Shown here piece by piece: positions 53,222 through 63,070 of a stretch of 64,000 nt of DNA. The position numbers and the translations under genes were made by a program. The notes under the pieces are model-generated. The model saw only the letters and a program-made list of their open reading frames with translations. It was not told the origin of the DNA and ran no database searches. Each line of letters starts with the position of its first letter. Positions within the stretch are counted from its first letter, which is position 1. Origin of the DNA: Bugula neritina (taxonomy: Eukaryota; Animalia; Bryozoa); contig OZ037772.1 in assembly GCA_964035545.1 (NCBI GenBank), forward strand, positions 372,001-436,000. Direction: 5' to 3'.

Positions 53222-56200
53222 TGTTAGATTACCACAATGTAATAGTATGTCTTACCAGTGATAAAGCTGCTAGATGAAAGAGACCGTTCACTCTGTTTGT
53301 CTGGGTTTTATCTGCTTTAGCTTGTAGCTATCTCAGCTATACGGTGGCTGGTAGGGCAACTCTTAGTAACACGATAGCTCAAGTATCTGATAGGCTATTG
53401 TCATTAGCTAAACTCTCAGCGTGCCACTATAACAGTGATACTAGTGTTGGTCAGTACTGCACATCATCCAACACGTAATAATGGTTCAATTCATCATTTA
53501 TACTATTTGTTGTTCTAATTTCAGGTCAGGGAAAGACCATGCTTGTGGGACAAGAATCATAAACACTACATGTATAAAACTGTGAAAGAAAATAACTGGA
53601 AAGATGTTAGCAAAGAATTAGGAAATTTATTTGATGGTAGTTTATCAGTTTAATGAAGTAATTATGTCTATTGTAATCAGATATTTAATCTACCACTTTT
53701 CAAGTTTACTTTTGACTTTTATAATCTTTAGAAAAAGCATGTGCTCTGAAGTATCGGAACTTGCGGGACACCTACGTGAGACTGAAAAGAGAACAGTTAA
53801 AAGTACCCAGTGGCTCTAGTCCGATTGAACCGCCAAAATGGCCTTTTTTTCAATTGTTCAGCTTCGTGGATAATAAGAGTGGTGCAGAAAGGTTGGTTTG
53901 TCCTTACGTTAAGTAGTTTATTTATTTTTTCAACAAACAAACTTTAAAAATTATAAAATTATTTAATACACATCAAGTAATTTATTTTGCAGTAGTATAG
54001 CTGACAATATGCCATCAGAGGATATCGTGCAAGAACTTGCGACCACTGATACAGATACAGCGACAGCAAGCAGCCAGCAGCCGGCAGCCAAAAAGAAAAA
54101 AAATGACACTGCAATGAAAGAAATAGACTTGGAAATAAAAAAAATAGTTACTCTGTTAGTACAGTTACTCTGTTAGTATAGTTACTCTGTTAGTATAGTT
54201 ACTCTGTTAGTACAGTTACTCTGTTAGTATAGTTACTCTGTTAGTATAGTTACTATGTTAGTACAGTTACTCTGTTAGTACAGTTACTATGTTAGTATAG
54301 TTACTCTGTTAGTATAGTTACTCTGTTAGTATAGTTACTCTGTTAGTATAGTTACTATGTTAGTATAGTTACTCTGTTAGTACAGTTACTCTGTTAGTAT
54401 AGTTACTCTGTTAGTATAGTTACTATGTTAGTACAGTTACTCTGTTAGTATAGTTACTCTGTTAGTATAGTTACTATGTTAGTACAGTTACTCTGTTAGT
54501 ACAGTTACTATGTTAGTATAGTTACTCTGTTAGTATAGTTACTCTGTTAGTATAGTTACTCTGTTAGTATAGTTACTATGTTAGTATAGTTACTCTGTTA
54601 GTACAGTTACTCTGTTAGTATAGTTACTCTGTTAGTATAGTTACTCTGTTAGTATAGTTACTCTGTTAGTATAGTTGTAGTGAATTTTGCCAGTTCACTA
54701 TGATTATTTGTGGGTCTACTTAATCAAAGCCACTGCGACAGGTTGTTTACGATAAGATACTTTATTATTTACACAAATATAAGAAGGTTATTTACTGCTA
54801 GCATGAATAGAAAACGATTACATAATTAGTGAGCTTTAATACACAACTGTTCTAAATGAAGTCCCAAGCTGCTCTGCCGGCTAGCTACTCAGCGCACTGC
54901 AACTACGAGTAGCTAGCTCCACCTGCTATCAATTAATGTCATTGTCCTGATTGGTGGCTACTAGTGGTGCCACTACTGCCCATAGCTACACTCCGACAGT
55001 GTCGAACTCACAAGATGCATAAAACAATATAGAGTTAAACCTTTTCGATTAATACCATAATACTTGCACCACTAAAATCTACCACACTCGCCACACCTAT
55101 CGAAAAGTACACTCTACAATTGATGCACATAATCTCAAAAAAATAACAAAAGGAATAAAGGTAAAATAAAACAAAAAGATCAAAACCCCAGGAATGAGAG
55201 AACACAAAATATGTATTCAAAACGATGTCCATGTTGTACACGATCGATCCGGGTCAGTCACAGGGTAGGGGGGGGGGTCTCTTCACCAAATGATGTAGGG
55301 TAGCATGAACTTAGTGAGAAGGAGATGTACTGCTTCACACTCGTCTAGTCGAAGCCAAGCGATGGGGGTCGAGGAGTCCCCAGAAGAATCAAGCGTGGCA
55401 AAGGAGTCTCTCCCAAAGGGGGGAGAGAGTGGAAGGAATCTCCCCAAAGGGGGGGAGATGGAGGGGGGGTTGACTGGTCTCTTTACTACCAATGTCTACC
55501 TCGTCGCCGTCGAATTCCCAAAGGGAAGAAGGGGAAGACTTCTTCTTCTTAATTTCTATTTTTAACTTCATGTAGGAATCTTTAATATTACTTCTTCTTC
55601 TTAACTTCTATTTTTACTTTTTAACTTCATGCAGGAATCTTTAGTACTACTTCTTCTTCTTAACTTCTATTTTTATTAGGATGTAGCCACCGGAGAGAAA
55701 AGGGAGGAGCTACTCTGCCTATACCGGAACGTGATCGCCAGAGGAGAGGAGGAAGGAGCTACGTGCCAGTTGTCTCTGGCACTTCTGTTATGACAGCCAT
55801 CAGCCTGCTGTCATGTCGCTACAGGAATCCAGTCAAGCAGCCAGCATCTAGCCAAAAGTTGAGATGAATAATGTGACTGCGCTATGCCATGAGAAGGAAT
55901 TTGGCCCCGCCATTCCAGTCTCACCTGCAACAGAATGCCAACAACTGTTGAGGGGGTTTGCACCTGTCAGTACGACACCTCAACTGAGTCTCGCAATCAC
56001 TAACCACTGATTAATAATTAATCATGTGGTCGACCGCCCCACTCAAGTCGTCAGTGAATCACCTGACTTGGGAAATCAACTTTATCGTTATGATAAAGCG
56101 AGACTGATTTAGGCTACCAGCTTGAATTCTACTTAAATAATAGAATTATACTAGTAGACTTACCATAAGACAGCCCTGACTTTAGTCTGCTGCCCACTTA

Positions 56201-56372
56201 GGCTACGTAGTGCGCCAGCCTGCCAAGTACATGCGTGCACGTTGGCAGTTGAATCAGAAAAGAACGCTTTCCGCAGTGAAAGTGATTGTATAACCCCCTT
56301 TCACTAGCGAGCTGACTTCGCTCATTTCTTATCCCCGGTGGTGTTTCGTGTCACACCACTGGGGTAGGCAAC

Positions 56373-59300
56373 TCACAATTGCGTCTCCTTATACCTTGGA
56401 AACGCAACTCTCAATTGCTCGTCCCCCCAGATTTCTTTTATGATAGCAGATGGATGTTTTTCCACTGCATCACACAAGAAATCTTTTAAATAAGATGGAG
56501 GCGCCCTAGTGCGTTGGCTACGCTCCAACTGCACTGGGGAATTTGCTACGACTGGTGACTCTTCCACCACGGGTGGTGTCGCCAGTACGGGGGGGTCCAC
56601 CAGTACGGGCGGTCCCCCCCCAGCTGCCTCTTCCTCATGATTTTGAGGAATTGCCATCTCATCCGGGACGATGGGCCTGTCGACCGGCTCCACAGGTGGT
56701 GGGGCCGGCTCCGACAGGTCTTTAGGTGTGTCGACCTCCTCTTCCTGGGGTGGAGGAGGTGGGGGCTGGTCGGCTGGCGCATCAGCCGCCCCGTCCTGGT
56801 CTGGCAGTATCTCCTCAATCTCTCGATATGCCATGGGTCGCCCCCTCATAGGAGGGCGCCTAGCTGGCTCTAAGAGAGGAGGTGCTTGACCTGCCGCATC
56901 AGGACTCGCCCAGTGAGGTTTAAGCCGTGCCTCGTTCTGGACCGACACTTGTCCAGACCGTTCCACTTTGTATGTATGATTTGGCATTACCTCAATTACG
57001 CAGTAGGGACCTACGAACTTCGGCTGCAACTTGGCTGCCTGTCCGCGCCTGCGGCGATGACTGGTCATCCAGACCCAGTCCCCCACCTTGTATAAGGGTG
57101 GGTCGTCAGAGTCACCACTCCTGACCTGCCACTGCTGCTCACGTAGCACCTCGTGAGCCGTCCCCATGCGTTTTACGAGCTTGTCCACGTAGTCGTGGAC
57201 ATTGCTCTCTGGATTCGGAACATGATAGGTTACGTGCTCAGGAACCCTTGTTTCTCTCCCCAGCATGAGAAAATTAGGGGTCTCCAGTGTACTGGAGTGA
57301 GGGGTACTACGGTACGCTCGCATGATCTGCGGCAACACCAAGTCCCACTCTTCCTGGCTCCTACCGATAAGCAGGCTTCTCAGAGAGTCCCCTAGCATTC
57401 GGTTGTTCCGCTCCACGACCCCGTTCCCTTGCGGGTGATACGGGGTCGTCCGACTCTGGTTTACCCCCCACATTCTACAGAGATCGCTCATAAGTTGCGA
57501 CTGAAACTGGGCGCCCTGGTCAGAGTGTATCTGCTCCGGCAAGCCGAAATAGCAGAACACCTGTTGATCCAGAGCTCTGGCCACCGAGGGGGCCGACGCA
57601 TCTGGAATAGCCAGTGCATCAGACCACCGCGTGAAATGGTCAGTTAATACCAGTATCCAGTTATTACCTCTCGCTGTAGTGGGCATGGGGCCTACCAGAT
57701 CGACAGCAACCACCTGCCACGGACGACCGGCATGGAGGCGACGCCTCCCTGCGGTCTCAGTGGGGCGGCCATGCTTGCTAGCTTGGCACACCTCGCACTT
57801 CCGCACCCGGAGTCGGACATCCCGGGTCATACCGGGCCAAAACCACTGGAGTTGAAGACACCTGATCACCCGGCTAGCTCCTGCGTGAGCTTGCTTATGG
57901 GTGTCCCAGATCAACTCCCGCCGCAGAGCTGACGGGCAGACTACCCTCTCTCGTTCACTGCGATTGGTGCCGACTGCCAACGTAATCGTTAGCAGCCCAT
58001 CGCTGTTGAACCTTAGGGAGTCCCAGCGGTCACAGAAGTACTTAAACTCAGTACTCTTCACTCGCTGTTCGGCCTCACTTGGCCGCCGTCCCTCCTTCTT
58101 GGCCCGGACTAGGTCAGCTACCACTCCTGGTAGCGTGGACTGGAGCCGGCATAGCTCCCTGACGTTCCGAAGCAACGTGGGGTTTGCGTGAAAGTTGTTA
58201 ACAGCTTTGTTGGGTGATTCGGACAGGAGTTGCCCTTCTTCCCAGCTGTACACACCCGCTTTCCCCAACTGCGCTTCGACGTCCGAGCGAGGGGGTCCAC
58301 CGTCCCTGCGCTCGATATTCTGGCATTGCTTACACCCATCTGCCTGGCGGCGGCTGAGTCCATCTGCATTACCGTGTTTCTTACCGGGTCGATGCTCGAT
58401 CCGATAGGAAAACTCTGCCAGGATCTCTAGCCAGCGCGCCACTTGGCTGGATGGTTCTGCCCGTCGACACAGCCATATCAGGGACGCATGATCCGTCCGA
58501 AGCCGGAATGTGCGCCCATATAGATATGGTCTAAAGTGTTTGACCGCCTTGACTACTGCCAAGAGTTCCCTCCTGGTTGTACAGTAGTTCTTCTCAGGCG
58601 CCGACAGGGCCTTGCTATAGTAAGCCACCACCACCTCGCGACCATCTTGGACCTGCGACAGCACAGCCCCCACATTATGGTTACTGGCATCAGTATCCAA
58701 AATGTACTCCTTCGCAGGGTCAGGATACGCCAAGATGGGTGCTTCCACCAGGCGATCCTTCAGGTGGTCAAATGCCTTCTGCTCAACCTGTGTCCACTGC
58801 CATCGCACCCCCTTTGCGGTCAGCCGATTCAACGGCTGTGCAATTCCTGCGAAGCCTGGTATGTACTGACGATAGTACCCCACCAGCCCCAGGAACGCCC
58901 GCAATTCAGAGAGGTCGACAGGAACAGCCCAGTCCCTCACAGCCCGTACCTTCTCGGGGTCAGTGGCGACCCCGTCTCGACCAACTACATGGCCCAGGTA
59001 CTTGACCTCGCGTTGCAGTAATGCACACTTCGAGGGCTTTAGCTTCAGGTTAGCAGCTCGGAGTCTGTCGAACACCTCCCTGAGTCGACTGACATGTGTG
59101 TCGAAGTCGGGGGAGATGACGATGACATCATCGAGATATATGAGCAAGGTCTTCCAGTGCAGCCCACTCAGGACCTGCTCCATGAGTCGCTGGAAGGTGG
59201 CTGGTGCGGACGTAAGTCCGAATGGCAACACCTTCCATTTCCAGAGCCCATCCCGCGTTATGAACGCGGCCTTGTCCTGTGCTTCAGGACTCAGGGGCAC

Positions 59301-60923
59301 CTGCCAATACCCGCTTAGCAAGTCCAACGTGCTGAAGAACTTGCTACCAGCTAAGGCATTGAGCGACTCATCGATCCTCGGGAGAGGGTAAGCGTCCTGG
59401 ATGGTCACGCTGTTCAGCCTGCGATAGTCAACGCAAAACCTCCAGCTACCATCCTTTTTCCGAACCAGGACGACTGGAGAACTCCAGGCCCCATGGCCTG
59501 GCTCAATCAGGTCCCGGTTCAGAAGGTCTTGCACCTGACGGCTCACTTCTCTCTCTTTCTCAGGACCTAACCGGCGGGTCGGCTGCCGAATCGGCACCGT
59601 CCCCGCCGCCAGGGGTATCTCATGACGAACCGTCTCAGTCAGACCCATGTCATGGTCGCTGCAACTGAACATGTCTTTGTACTCAGAGAGTAGCCGCGCC
59701 ATCACCAGGCGTTCTCGCTTGCTCTCGCAGCCATCACAGGCATCCTCGTACAACTCTGTTACGTGTTCAGGCACCGGCCCCCTGCCGTCTCTAGTGGGTA
59801 CTCCCCGGGCACCGCCCGCTGTTTCCAGCGCGGGCCCTACATCCTCCTCTTGCACGGAGTGGAACTTCCCTACTAGAGACCCAGCCGGTAATTCTACCGG
59901 CTCCGTGAAAGGGTTTACGCACTGGACCAGGAACTCCCTCCGCTCATCCAGTCTATTCAGACTGTTAGCGAGCTGGACGCCCCCCAGTGCACCTTCCACC
60001 ACTCCGAGCTCGGAGATCTCCCTACAGTTCACTCTGCAGCGAACTGTAGCCCGGGAGCGCCCAGGTACAGTACAGCGCTGTACCACCTGCACTCCCCCCA
60101 CCAAGGGTCGGCCAAATCGGTCGACACAGGCCAGCTCACGCCCCGCCATCACTACTGCCGACTTGCTAAAGTCGATGTAGCACCTGTGTCTCTTCAGAAA
60201 TGGCATGCCCAAGATGGCATCCTCCTTGAGTTGACTGACGATGAAGGTCTCACTGATCATCTGATCACGGACTCTACCAGTCAACTGGATTACCCCATAG
60301 AAAGGAATACACGACCCGTCCGCCAATGTGCCGTGTTCCCCCTCATATGGTTCTAGGCTAGCCCTGTCCTTGGCACTGAGAGTGTCGAAGAGACGTCGAC
60401 TCAGTAGATTTGTGGTACACCCAGTATCCAACAGGAATGTGGCAGCTTTACCAGCAATTTTGCCGGGGAGGAAATAGCTGCTTCCATATGGCTGGGCGCT
60501 CACTGAGCGATTTGTCTCTTGAGGCGACACCTCATGTGCATGGAATTGGGGATGCACCTGTGCTCTGCGGTTGCGAGGGGGTCGTCGACGTTGCATGGGC
60601 GGGCAGGGTACGTCTCGGTCTCGCTCACGCACGGGCGGCCGAGTGAATTCTCGGACTGATGCTCGTGCGGGCAACCGAGGAAAATCCCTGTTGTGCTCCC
60701 ATTCGTCGTTCACTCCCTCATCAAGCAAACCTTCAAAGCGGTTTTTGAGTGCCCAAGCCGGAGGTATTGGTGGGCCTTGCGGCCGACTCACTCTCCTTGG
60801 GACTTGCCACTCTGGCGAAGGCGGCCTCCTCACCCGATGGGGTGGGGGCCGTAGCCTTTGCCTTGGGGGGTTAAACTCGGGCCCACGGTAGGCGGAAGTT
60901 ACCGTGGGCCGTCGCTGTTTAAC
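56373..60923 (-). CDS. pol: Gypsy Pol (protease, RT, RNase H, integrase), entered by -1 frameshift
   Basis: LLDTG protease; LPFGL and YLDD RT; TDAS..RELLAVV..TDH RNase H; HHCC, DLVGP, HSDQG and ERNNR integrase; GPY motif. Uninterrupted ORF. Confidence 0.97.
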   Translation of the reverse strand, partial: VKQRRPTVTSAYRGPEFNPPRQRLRPPPHRVRRPPSPEWQVPRRVSRPQGPPIPPAWALKNRFEGLLDEGVNDEWEHNRDFPRLPARASVREFTRPPVRERDRDVPCPPMQRRRPPRNRRAQVHPQFHAHEVSPQETNRSVSAQPYGSSYFLPGKIAGKAATFLLDTGCTTNLLSRRLFDTLSAKDRASLEPYEGEHGTLADGSCIPFYGVIQLTGRVRDQMISETFIVSQLKEDAILGMPFLKRHRCYIDFSKSAVVMAGRELACVDRFGRPLVGGVQVVQRCTVPGRSRATVRCRVNCREISELGVVEGALGGVQLANSLNRLDERREFLVQCVNPFTEPVELPAGSLVGKFHSVQEEDVGPALETAGGARGVPTRDGRGPVPEHVTELYEDACDGCESKRERLVMARLLSEYKDMFSCSDHDMGLTETVRHEIPLAAGTVPIRQPTRRLGPEKEREVSRQVQDLLNRDLIEPGHGAWSSPVVLVRKKDGSWRFCVDYRRLNSVTIQDAYPLPRIDESLNALAGSKFFSTLDLLSGYWQVPLSPEAQDKAAFITRDGLWKWKVLPFGLTSAPATFQRLMEQVLSGLHWKTLLIYLDDVIVISPDFDTHVSRLREVFDRLRAANLKLKPSKCALLQREVKYLGHVVGRDGVATDPEKVRAVRDWAVPVDLSELRAFLGLVGYYRQYIPGFAGIAQPLNRLTAKGVRWQWTQVEQKAFDHLKDRLVEAPILAYPDPAKEYILDTDASNHNVGAVLSQVQDGREVVVAYYSKALSAPEKNYCTTRRELLAVVKAVKHFRPYLYGRTFRLRTDHASLIWLCRRAEPSSQVARWLEILAEFSYRIEHRPGKKHGNADGLSRRQADGCKQCQNIERRDGGPPRSDVEAQLGKAGVYSWEEGQLLSESPNKAVNNFHANPTLLRNVRELCRLQSTLPGVVADLVRAKKEGRRPSEAEQRVKSTEFKYFCDRWDSLRFNSDGLLTITLAVGTNRSERERVVCPSALRRELIWDTHKQAHAGASRVIRCLQLQWFWPGMTRDVRLRVRKCEVCQASKHGRPTETAGRRRLHAGRPWQVVAVDLVGPMPTTARGNNWILVLTDHFTRWSDALAIPDASAPSVARALDQQVFCYFGLPEQIHSDQGAQFQSQLMSDLCRMWGVNQSRTTPYHPQGNGVVERNNRMLGDSLRSLLIGRSQEEWDLVLPQIMRAYRSTPHSSTLETPNFLMLGRETRVPEHVTYHVPNPESNVHDYVDKLVKRMGTAHEVLREQQWQVRSGDSDDPPLYKVGDWVWMTSHRRRRGQAAKLQPKFVGPYCVIEVMPNHTYKVERSGQVSVQNEARLKPHWASPDAAGQAPPLLEPARRPPMRGRPMAYREIEEILPDQDGAADAPADQPPPPPPQEEEVDTPKDLSEPAPPPVEPVDRPIVPDEMAIPQNHEEEAAGGGPPVLVDPPVLATPPVVEESPVVANSPVQLERSQRTRAPPSYLKDFLCDAVEKHPSAIIKEIWGDEQLRVAFPRYKETQL
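60880..60923 (-). promoter_or_regulatory. -1 programmed ribosomal frameshift signal
   Basis: G_UUA_AAC in the gag frame (60917-60923), a 6-nt spacer, then a perfect 11-bp stem GGCCCACGGUA/UACCGUGGGCC with a 9-nt loop. Pol is in the -1 frame. Confidence 0.85.
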
Positions 60924-61768
60924 CGCCTCCCACTGCCGCGGGGGCAACTTCGTAGGAAGTGCCCACCACTACCACAGCCCCAGCATACGGGGCCGCGCCT
61001 GTCGGCGACAGCTACCGACGACCTCTTGGGTCTCTCGGCTGTCGCCTGCTGGCGCAGTTGCCTGAACTCGGCGAGCAGTTCTCGAATCAAGCTCGTGGTT
61101 AAGCTAGATTCGTCTGCTGCTGCCGCTGCGACTTGTACAGCTGTCTTCGTTGACGACGTCGACACGTCGTCTGCCCCGACTTGCTGTACTGTCGCGCCAG
61201 GTCGACTTGCACTGTCGGCTTGGAAATAGGCATTCCCAAGCCTTAGAGCTCTCTCCATAGTCTCAACTTCGGCCACCAGCAGATGCTGTTTAAGACCGAG
61301 GTTGTTAATAGACTGGAGGAATGCATCCAGTGCTAGGCTCTGTCGACCATCGGCAGGCAAGTCGCTGTAAGCAACTTGTGCCAGTCGTTCGACTACGGTA
61401 GCGTGCTCTCGCAGATTGGTCTTAGGATTTCTCCTAAGACTCTGCAGTTGCACGCGAGCATCTCGAGCGGTTAATCCAAACCTAGCTCGTATTGCTTCAA
61501 ATATGTCACCGACATTCTGGCTTATCCCATAGGGTTTAGCCGGCCCTGTCAGACACAACCGCAGCTGGATCAGAGTAACCCTGTTCGGCCATCCGCAGAT
61601 GTCCGCCACATCACTGAACTCAGTGATGAATTGCTCCACATCTTCTTCTCCAGAGAAGGTGGGAGCCCGCAAGTGGTACCTGTCCATAGGCAGCGCTGGG
61701 CCGCCTATGTGATCCTCCTCCATTGCTGCTGGCTCCTGTCGGGGCGCGTCGACGACTTCGTCGGCCAT
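60899..61768 (-). CDS. gag: Gypsy Gag (289 aa) with CCHC zinc knuckle
   Basis: ORF starts just after the PBS; retrotransposon capsid-like N-terminus (APTFSGEEDVEQFITEF); knuckle CWGCGSGGHFLRSC. Confidence 0.93.
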   Translation of the reverse strand: MADEVVDAPRQEPAAMEEDHIGGPALPMDRYHLRAPTFSGEEDVEQFITEFSDVADICGWPNRVTLIQLRLCLTGPAKPYGISQNVGDIFEAIRARFGLTARDARVQLQSLRRNPKTNLREHATVVERLAQVAYSDLPADGRQSLALDAFLQSINNLGLKQHLLVAEVETMERALRLGNAYFQADSASRPGATVQQVGADDVSTSSTKTAVQVAAAAADESSLTTSLIRELLAEFRQLRQQATAERPKRSSVAVADRRGPVCWGCGSGGHFLRSCPRGSGRRLNSDGPR

Positions 61769-61804
61769 CTTACTCCCTGACTAGGGGCATTTGTATTAAG
61801 TGTG

Positions 61805-61822
61805 ATCCCACCGCTGCCACCA
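61805..61822 (-). promoter_or_regulatory. Primer-binding site, tRNA-Leu (AAG/UAG family)
   Basis: The + strand reads ATCCCACCGCTGCCACCA, matching the conserved metazoan tRNA-Leu 3' end plus CCA; it lies 1 nt from the 5' LTR. Confidence 0.85.
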
Positions 61823-63070
61823 GTGTAGTGAATTTTGCCAGTTCACTATGATTATTTGTGGGTCTACTTAATCAAAGCCACTGCGACAGGTTGTTTACGA
61901 TAAGATACTTTATTATTTACACAAATATAAGAAGGTTATTTACTGCTAGCATGAATAGAAAACGATTACATAATTAGTGAGCTTTAATACACAACTGTTC
62001 TAAATGAAGTCCCAAGCTGCTCTGCCGGCTAGCTACTCAGCGCACTGCAACTACGAGTAGCTAGCTCCACCTGCTATCAATTAATGTCATTGTCCTGATT
62101 GGTGGCTACTAGTGGTGCCACTACTGCCCATAGCTACACTCCGACAGTGTCGAACTCACAAGATGCATAAAACAATATAGAGTTAAACCTTTTCGATTAA
62201 TACCATAATACTTGCACCACTAAAATCTACCACATAGTTACAGTAAAAGTTTGCTAGTCATAATAACTTGCACTGTTAGTTGCTCGACAAGTTATTCTAC
62301 ATCTCTTGTAGCCACAACCAAAGTGGTGTCTATATATCCTGCTAGTGACTTGAGTAATGACTCATATGTAATTGTAATTAATTACATATCTAATGTAATT
62401 GATTTTTGCAATTACTTTACAATTACATCTCAATTACTTTAAACTTTTAAATCTTAAAATCTTAAGAAATTTATTCTTTTTTAGCATGACTACTGTTAAA
62501 TAACAAGTACAGATTAAGTCAATGTAGTATAGTATCACTTTTGCGAACAAAGCACGTTCACCCCTGTCAAAATTGCCCCTGCTAGGTGGACCCTAGAGGT
62601 GAAATTGCATAACTTCTATTTGTCCTTTGTGAGAACAAAAGTAATTGTAATTAATTGCTTTACAATGTAGTTTTGTACTGTAATTAATTACATTTATTTC
62701 AACTGTAATTATAATTGTAATTGTAATTGACAAATTCTCATGTAATTGTAATTAGTTACATTCACATGTAATTGACCCCAACCCTGGTTTATTATGGAGC
62801 TCATACTTTTATTGTTCAAGGTCTAGATGTATTCTCCACCATGTTTTTACTAGAAGTAAACTTTAATTTGGTAATGAGTATAAAATAAACTGTTGTTTCG
62901 CATTGTACAGTTTACTATTGCCTGAATATTGTATTGAGAATATTGGCTTAACAATTCCAGTGCAGCGATGTGATTGGCCTGACAATATCAAAGTAGTGAT
63001 GTGATTGGCTACTCTGTTCTGTTCTGCAGGGCCATGCCTACTTGTATTATGTGGTAATCTTGTTTTGCAG

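Larger units (their letters stand above)
49314..53434 (-). mobile_element. Non-autonomous (pol-less) LTR retrotransposon, 4121 bp
   Basis: Identical 213-bp TG..CA LTRs (49314-49526, 53222-53434); 5-bp TSD GTGAT; PBS TGGCGCAGTCAGCA; PPT GGAAGGGGG at ~49529-49537. No PR/RT/IN motifs seen. Confidence 0.93.
48761..54146 (+). mobile_element. PIF/Harbinger-like DNA transposon, left part, carrying a MADF gene; 3'-truncated
   Basis: Absent from unit 1 (alignment breaks after CATCGTCTTA). Starts GCCTAGGGCCACACGACGCG after TTA, and MADF/Myb-SANT genes are typical of Harbingers. No right TIR or transposase seen. Confidence 0.7.
49098..54146 (+). pseudogene. MADF (Myb/SANT-like) DNA-binding protein; exons 49098-49127, 53525-53636, 53732-53891, 53993-~54146 (truncated)
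   Basis: Spliced product MNWQEKLINAVRERPCLWDKNHKHY..KENNWKDVSKELG..CALKYRNLRDTYVR..PSGS..PKWPFFQLFSF is a canonical MADF pattern. Not present in the ORF track. Confidence 0.85.
54676..62234 (-). mobile_element. Full-length Ty3/Gypsy LTR retrotransposon, 7559 bp
   Basis: 411-bp TG..CA LTRs at 54676-55086 and 61824-62234 with no difference seen. 4-bp TSD TAGT (54672-54675, 62235-62238); the empty site is visible at ~21115. Pol order is PR-RT-RH-IN. Confidence 0.97.

Noticed and set aside
55283-55571. Possible env or accessory ORF 3' of pol
   Set aside because: ORFs are under 90 aa with no signal peptide or fusion-protein features; a splice-acceptor-like site at ~55925 opens only short frames.
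56543-61229. Many short + strand ORFs over the Gypsy element
   Set aside because: Antisense shadows of GC-rich gag/pol, with no recognisable motifs.
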